A stretch of DNA of 64,000 nucleotides from NCBI GenBank assembly GCA_037441285.1, contig JBBISL010000005.1, forward strand, positions 1 through 64,000, given 5' to 3'. This document shows, piece by piece, positions 58,530 through 64,000 of this stretch. The stretch's first letter is position 1, and each line of letters starts with the position of its first letter. A model generated the notes under the pieces. The model was not told where the DNA came from, ran no database searches, and saw nothing but the letters and a program-made list of their open reading frames with translations. Made by a program: the position numbers and the translations under genes. The stretch is from a candidate division WOR-3 bacterium (lineage in GTDB: Bacteria > Hydrothermota > Tepidihabitantia > Tepidihabitantales > Tepidihabitantaceae).

Positions 58530-59417
58530 ATGAAGAAACTGCTTGCGTTCGTTATAATCGGAACCCTGGTCGGCATTGGATTTGCCGGCACCGGCGGTAT
58601 CGCGGGAAGGGTATTCAATGTCGCTACCGGTCAGCCTGTCGTCAATGCGATTGTTACCGCTTGCGGCGACAGTACGCCCGCAGGCAGGGCGGTGACCAAT
58701 GAACAGGGCGAGTACCTGATAGAAGGTTTAGATGCAGGGAGTTATCAGGTGATAGCCCGAGCAAGGGGTTTTGTTCCGGCTCACGCTCCGATTCTGGTGG
58801 TGGTGCGGGAGGGCAGTATCACCCGGGGTGTTGATTTGCGGTTAAGGCCCTTGCCCAGACGCACTGGAGCGATTAGCGGTAGAGTTGTAGACCGTGTCAC
58901 CCGGGAGCCTTTGCGGGGTGCGGTGGTGATTGTGCGCAATCCGTTGGGCACCCGTCGGGCACGAACCGACCGTAACGGTTACTACATCATTCGCGGATTG
59001 GTTCCGGGAAGGTATCAGGTGGCGGCAAAGGCACGGCGCTACTTTGGTGAGGCGTATCCCCAGCCGGTTGAGGTAATTCAGGGCGTGGTTACAGAATATA
59101 TAAACTTTGCCCTGCAACCCAAGCCCCGGCGTGGTGGAATTTCCGGTCAGGTGGTTAATGCGAAGACGGGCAGGCCCATCGCTGGAGTTCTGATTACCGT
59201 TCAGGGTTTGCAGGGTAACGGTTTTGCCCGGACCGATGGCCATGGGTTTTACCGGATTGTGGGTCTTGAGCCCGGTCGGTATACGGTTTCGGCGACTAAG
59301 CCCGGTTATCAGGCGGCGACATATCCCGAGCCGGTTGAGGTCAATCCCGGTGAGTTAACCCGGGGCATTGACTTCCGGCTGCGACCGTTGCGTGATAATC
59401 AGATTGACAGCGACTGA
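58530..59417 (+). CDS. exported protein of three carboxypeptidase-regulatory-like (transthyretin-like) repeats
   Basis: Signal peptide; three copies of G.I.G.V....T..P...A........T...G.Y.I.GL.PG.Y.V.A; Arg-rich; SD AGGAGG. Confidence 0.85.
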   Translation: MKKLLAFVIIGTLVGIGFAGTGGIAGRVFNVATGQPVVNAIVTACGDSTPAGRAVTNEQGEYLIEGLDAGSYQVIARARGFVPAHAPILVVVREGSITRGVDLRLRPLPRRTGAISGRVVDRVTREPLRGAVVIVRNPLGTRRARTDRNGYYIIRGLVPGRYQVAAKARRYFGEAYPQPVEVIQGVVTEYINFALQPKPRRGGISGQVVNAKTGRPIAGVLITVQGLQGNGFARTDGHGFYRIVGLEPGRYTVSATKPGYQAATYPEPVEVNPGELTRGIDFRLRPLRDNQIDSD

Positions 59418-59437
59418 ACCCGTTCCGGATTTTAATC

Positions 59438-59477
59438 ATTACCCTCTGGTGCGATGCCACCAGAGGGTAATCTTTTT
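59438..59477 (+). terminator. intrinsic terminator
   Basis: 14-bp perfect stem ATTACCCTCTGGTG/CACCAGAGGGTAAT followed by CTTTTT. Confidence 0.85.
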
Positions 59478-59564
59478 GTTGACAAAATCTCCTACGGTTT
59501 TATGCTTTAATGACAAATCGGGTTACATCCCAGGATAATTTTAATAAGTTGCCAAGGAGGTGTC

Positions 59565-62500
59565 GTGAAAAAAGTTCTGGTTTTACTCTTGCTGGGGTTT
59601 TTGCTCGCCGGGGCAGAAGAGGGCGCGCGCTATTTGATTGTTGCCCCGGATTCGTTCGTTTCTGCCGCTTTTCCCCTTGTCCACTGGAAGACCGCAAAAG
59701 GGATGCTCGCAAAGGTTGTGCCGACGAGCGAAACCGGAACCGACACCGCCTCAATTCGCAGTTACATTCGCTATGCCTGGAACAACTGGGACATTCCACC
59801 CGAATATATTTTGCTTCTGGGTGGTCCGACTCATATCCCGAGCCTCAACTACAACAACGACAACTACTACGGCGATATGACCGGCAATTACTTGATGGAA
59901 ATCCCGGTGGGAAGATTTCCGGCACAGACGGTGCGCGACTGCAGCACATTTGTTGCCAAGGTCCTGGCGTATGAAAATCCACCGGCGGACATTGATACGC
60001 TCTGGTTTTACAAAGGAACAACCGTGGTTCGGGAAGATGTACCCCCGGACTCTTTTTATCAAAAGGATTCGCGGATTTTACGTCAGTACTGGGTGGCGCG
60101 GGGTTTTGCCCTGGCAGAGAGTTTGTGCGACCTTTATGGTGACTCGAGTCGGGAGGTGAATGCGGCAGCGCACGACGGCAGGCTTTTCATCACCTATCGG
60201 GGTTCTGGTGTCAGCACCTGGTACTCGCCTTTCAATGCGGTTGATGCCACTGGCTGGGGAAATGGTGCGAAAATGCCGGTGGTGGTGAGCGGTACCTGTG
60301 CGACGATAACTCTGGCACCGGGTGAGTCGATGTATGGTGACCGGTTTGTGCGTGCCGGTTCACCAGGGGCGCTGGGCGGTGCAATTGCGTTTTTTGGAAC
60401 AACCCGTGCGGGAAACCACCTTTCCCGGTACCGGAGCGCCTGTTTTCGGGGGTTTTTCCATTCGCTTTATGAAGAGGGTGAGTACCGATTGGGAAAGGCG
60501 GCGTTGCGCGGTAAGTTCTGGATTGATTCAATTTATGGAGATTCGGTGCGCTATCTTGAATGGAACCTGTTGGGCGACCCGGAACTCAATGTCTGGACCG
60601 GACCGGTAAAAACCTTACAGGTGGCGCACGATTCGGTTGTCCTGCGAAAGCCCCAGAACTTTGTCGTGACAGTGCGGGCGGGTGGTGTACCGGTGCCGAA
60701 TGCGGTGGTCTGTGTCTCAATGGATTCAACCGTTTATGAGTACACGAGCACAAACAGCCAGGGTCAGGCGATTTTTGAAATCAATCCGGTCAACACCGGC
60801 TCACTTCAGATTGTGGTTACGGGTAAAGACCTAAGACCCTATATCGGGAGTTGCGAGGTTATCGCAAAGGATGTTGCGTGCACAGCGATTCTGGCGCCGG
60901 CTGGAGTGGTAGATTCGGGGATGGGTGTGACACCGGTGGTGAAACTTTTCAACTACGGCAGCAGGATGGAGAGTTATCCGGTGCGGCTCAGAATCGGCAC
61001 AAATTACTGTCAGGTGGAAACGGTCTATTTTCATCAGCCCACCACCGAAAACGAGTTGATTTTCCCGCGCTGGTATGCCCGGGAAAGGGGCAGTCTGGTG
61101 GTCAGTTGTTCAACCGAACTGATGAACGATGTTGTGCCGGAAAATGACCGGGATACCGGTGCGGTTTTTGTCCGGGTGCGCGATGTCGCAGTGTCAAGGA
61201 TTGTGGTGCCGGTGGACCGGTATCCAGCAGGAAGTGTGATTACGCCGGTGGTCGCAGCCCAGAACCCGGGCAATGTGAATGCGACATATCAGATGTGGTT
61301 GACGATTACCAACGCTCAGGGGCAACCGGTTTACACCGCTCAACAGAATGTTGTGAACCAGCCCCCAGGCGATTCGGAACTGTTTGTTACATTTGCGCCC
61401 TGTTCCTTGAACACCGGTGGCAAATGGGCGGTGCGGTGCAGCGTCTATTATCCATTTGACCAGGTGCCGGCAAACAACATCAAAACCGGTGAGTTCTGGG
61501 TGACGCCGGTATGGCAGGCAGGCTGGCACGAGGTGGTGGCGATGCCGGCGGCACCTTCAGGCGCAGCGGTCAAAGATGGGGGCTGGATTGCGGCAGATGA
61601 GAATTCGGGTGTGATTTATGCGGGTAAAGGCAACAAAACAGGCGACTTTTATGCCTATGAGCCGTTTACCGACACCTGGCGTATCCTATCGCCGATTTTG
61701 CCGGGAAGAGAGGAACGGTTGCCGAAAAAAGGTGCGCGGGGTGTTGCCGATGGTGCGGGAAGGGTGTATTTAGTTAAAGGGAATAATAGCCGGGGTTTCT
61801 GGTGCTACCACGCAACCGAAGACCGGTGGGAACAGTTATCTGATATTCCGCTGGGTAATAGCGGCAAAGCGGTGAAGGGCGGGGGCGATATGTTGTATCT
61901 ATTGAAAAACGACACCGGCTATCTGTACCTGTTAAAAGGTTATTACAGCGATTTCCTGTGTTACAACACCGCAACCGGTGAGTGGCGTGTGCTCCCGGAT
62001 GCGCCGACGGGAAAGTGGAAAGAGGGTTCCTGGCTGGTTTACGACGGCGCTAATAACATCTATGCCCATCGGGCAAACAGCGAAGAGTTGTGGGTGTTTG
62101 AGATCGAGAGCAACCGCTGGAGCACAACACCCCTGCCGGGCATTCCGCGGCAGAGCACGCGGACCGGTAAGAGTAAAAAGTCCAAGGATGGAAGTGCGGC
62201 GGCGTATTACGACGGTTGTATTTATGCCCTGAAAGGTGGCAATACCGCGGAGTTCTGGTGCTATCGGACCACGGAAGCCCGCTGGGAGGAACTTGACACC
62301 ATTCCCCAGCAGGGTTCTACCGGTAAAAAGAAACGGGTGAAAGCCGGCGGTGATATCGCCCATTTTGGCGGCGGCGTGTTTTTTGCCCTGAAGGGCAACA
62401 AGACCCGGGAACTGTGGCGCTATGTACCAGCAATGGGTTTGGCTTCAGGACCCACAATGCCGCGCTCCGGAGTTAGGGGCGAAGCGAGTGACGAAAAGGG

Positions 62501-62759
62501 GGTTAAGTCAATGCCGACGGTGTCAAGTGTGGCGATGCTCGAGAGATATCGGACCGAACTGGCAAGCGAGAGCGGTGCAAAAGGCGTCCGGGTCTGGATA
62601 GTGGACATTACGGGTCGGGTGGTGGCAGAGATGCATTCAATAAATTCCGGTAAGGCAGAAAAGAGCCCGATTGGCAGTTTAGCACCCGGTGTTTACTTCT
62701 TGCAACTGGAAACCGATGCCGGTTATCGCGGGGTAAAGAAGATAACGGTGGTGCGGTGA
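59565..62759 (+). CDS. gingipain-family (C25) protein with Ig/CARDB repeats, Kelch-like propeller and T9SS CTD
   Basis: YLIV.P..F...L..WK..KG, YILL.G, D.YY, VGRFP, GAIAF, WNLLGDP; Kelch module; DITGR...LAPGVYF...KKITVVR. Promoter TTGACA (59479), 16 bp, TATGCT; SD AGGAGG. Confidence 0.88.
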   Translation: MKKVLVLLLLGFLLAGAEEGARYLIVAPDSFVSAAFPLVHWKTAKGMLAKVVPTSETGTDTASIRSYIRYAWNNWDIPPEYILLLGGPTHIPSLNYNNDNYYGDMTGNYLMEIPVGRFPAQTVRDCSTFVAKVLAYENPPADIDTLWFYKGTTVVREDVPPDSFYQKDSRILRQYWVARGFALAESLCDLYGDSSREVNAAAHDGRLFITYRGSGVSTWYSPFNAVDATGWGNGAKMPVVVSGTCATITLAPGESMYGDRFVRAGSPGALGGAIAFFGTTRAGNHLSRYRSACFRGFFHSLYEEGEYRLGKAALRGKFWIDSIYGDSVRYLEWNLLGDPELNVWTGPVKTLQVAHDSVVLRKPQNFVVTVRAGGVPVPNAVVCVSMDSTVYEYTSTNSQGQAIFEINPVNTGSLQIVVTGKDLRPYIGSCEVIAKDVACTAILAPAGVVDSGMGVTPVVKLFNYGSRMESYPVRLRIGTNYCQVETVYFHQPTTENELIFPRWYARERGSLVVSCSTELMNDVVPENDRDTGAVFVRVRDVAVSRIVVPVDRYPAGSVITPVVAAQNPGNVNATYQMWLTITNAQGQPVYTAQQNVVNQPPGDSELFVTFAPCSLNTGGKWAVRCSVYYPFDQVPANNIKTGEFWVTPVWQAGWHEVVAMPAAPSGAAVKDGGWIAADENSGVIYAGKGNKTGDFYAYEPFTDTWRILSPILPGREERLPKKGARGVADGAGRVYLVKGNNSRGFWCYHATEDRWEQLSDIPLGNSGKAVKGGGDMLYLLKNDTGYLYLLKGYYSDFLCYNTATGEWRVLPDAPTGKWKEGSWLVYDGANNIYAHRANSEELWVFEIESNRWSTTPLPGIPRQSTRTGKSKKSKDGSAAAYYDGCIYALKGGNTAEFWCYRTTEARWEELDTIPQQGSTGKKKRVKAGGDIAHFGGGVFFALKGNKTRELWRYVPAMGLASGPTMPRSGVRGEASDEKGVKSMPTVSSVAMLERYRTELASESGAKGVRVWIVDITGRVVAEMHSINSGKAEKSPIGSLAPGVYFLQLETDAGYRGVKKITVVR

Positions 62760-62790
62760 TAAAAGCGGTGCAGTAAAGGAAGTATTTCAG

Positions 62791-64000
62791 GTGCGGCGGT
62801 TCACCATTTATGCGCTGGTATTGACGGTGCTGGTGATTGCGGTTTTCAATGTCCACAGCTGGCTGGTGCTGTCGCGGAGTCGGGCGGCGCTCGAAGAGGA
62901 GTTAGGGAACCGGCTGGAAACGGTGGCAAAGACGATTGCCACGCAGTTGCGAACCCGGGAGTTGACACCGGAGCAGGTGCGGGCGCTGAATGAGACGATG
63001 AACGAAGCGGACCTGTTCAACATCTTTCTGGTTGACGAGAGTCTGCGCTATGTGTTTAATGTGCGGGAGCCCGCAGTGGCGGGCAAAACCGACCCGATGC
63101 TGGAACTGGATGCAACCGAAATCTTATCCGCTTTCAGCGGGATGCCAAGCCGGACCCGGCTGTTCGCAGCCGGACCTTACTATCTAAAAACCGCCTATGC
63201 GCCGGTTTACCGTGCCGGCGGTACGATTGATGGCGTGCTCGGGGTTGAGGCGGATGCGCGGTTTTTCCGCAGTCTGACCCTTTACCGCAATTCGCTTTTG
63301 TTTGTCAACGGGTTGAGTCTGATAGCACTGGTGGCGCTGGTTCTGGCGCTGCTGAGCATTGCCCGGCACGCCCTGAAACTGGAGCAGGCAGCGGCGCGCG
63401 CCAGCACATTCGCCCTGCTCGGTGAAATGGCGGCAGCGCTGGCGCACGAAATCCGGAACCCGCTTGCCACCATCCTTGCCACAACCGAGCGGCTGAAGAT
63501 TCGGTACGGAGCAGAAAACGACCCGACATTTGATTACATCCGGGAGGAGGTGGAACGGCTCAATCGGACACTGACCAACTATTTGAGCATCGGCTCGGGC
63601 AAGCCCGGTGCGATGGAAGAGGTGGACCTGGGCGCACTGATTGGTCAGGTTCTCACCCGAATGGAGGAGGAGTTGAACCGCAACGGGATACGGATTGAAA
63701 ATCGGCTGGAACAGTTGCCCAAAGTCCGGGGTTCGGAGTTGCAGTTGCGCCAGGTGTTTATGAACCTGTTTCTCAATGCGCTGCAGGCACAACCGCAGGG
63801 CGGGTTGTTGAGGATTGAGGCAAAAACCGCGGAGAAAGGCGGCAGGCGCTGGTTGGTGGTGCAGGTTACCGACCATGGTTCGGGTATACCAAGAGAGTAC
63901 CAGAGCCGCGTGTTTGAGCCGTTCTTCACGACCAAAGAGAAGGGGAGCGGACTCGGGCTGTTTGTGGTGCGGCGGATTGTTGAGTTGCATCAGGGTGAAG
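62791..64000 (+). CDS. membrane sensor histidine kinase, NtrB/AtoS type (3' partial; absent from the ORF track)
   Basis: Translated by hand from GTG 62791: two transmembrane segments, H-box GEMAAALAHEIRNPL (63421), N-box QVFMNLFLNA, DHGSGI, FEPFFTTK, GSGLGL. Confidence 0.92.
   Translation, partial: MRRFTIYALVLTVLVIAVFNVHSWLVLSRSRAALEEELGNRLETVAKTIATQLRTRELTPEQVRALNETMNEADLFNIFLVDESLRYVFNVREPAVAGKTDPMLELDATEILSAFSGMPSRTRLFAAGPYYLKTAYAPVYRAGGTIDGVLGVEADARFFRSLTLYRNSLLFVNGLSLIALVALVLALLSIARHALKLEQAAARASTFALLGEMAAALAHEIRNPLATILATTERLKIRYGAENDPTFDYIREEVERLNRTLTNYLSIGSGKPGAMEEVDLGALIGQVLTRMEEELNRNGIRIENRLEQLPKVRGSELQLRQVFMNLFLNALQAQPQGGLLRIEAKTAEKGGRRWLVVQVTDHGSGIPREYQSRVFEPFFTTKEKGSGLGLFVVRRIVELHQGE

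Noticed and set aside
63184..63990. 268-aa minus-strand ORF
   Set aside because: Antisense shadow of the plus-strand histidine kinase.

Overview
Ordinary chromosomal window (no rRNA, tRNA, CRISPR, integrase or transposase seen) from a diderm FCB-superphylum bacterium. The many T9SS-type C-terminal domains, a PorV-like gene and a recurring Lys-rich Kelch propeller suggest candidate phylum WOR-3 (inference). From left to right: a type III-like restriction-modification locus (mod partial, res) interrupted by an NYN RNase gene that has its own promoter and a structured leader; glmM-glmS; smpB-amidase-rluD-lipoprotein; several large secreted modular proteins; deoC-kbl; a lipoprotein/TonB-dependent receptor/CTD-cargo/PorV-like/clostripain operon; a fibre-like protein with its partner; Rrf2-ferredoxin-hcp; a seven-gene lipoprotein cluster (CsgG/FlgO-, LPP20/FlgP-, FlgT-, LpoB-, TPR- and YcfL-like); a LolCDE/LolA-like ABC operon; lepB with a Cys-less HemW-like gene; a gingipain-family protein; and a partial sensor kinase. 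Best candidates for undescribed biology: (1) a shared 'Ig spacer + lysine-ringed six-blade propeller + T9SS CTD' module carrying four different N-terminal payloads; (2) the hairpin-gated NYN nuclease inside the RM operon; (3) the fibre/partner pair; (4) the flagellum-independent FlgOPT/LpoB-like lipoprotein cluster; (5) widespread leaderless transcription, D-S/T sequon enrichment in exported proteins and apparent GATC avoidance. All family assignments come from reading motifs by eye; no database searches were run.
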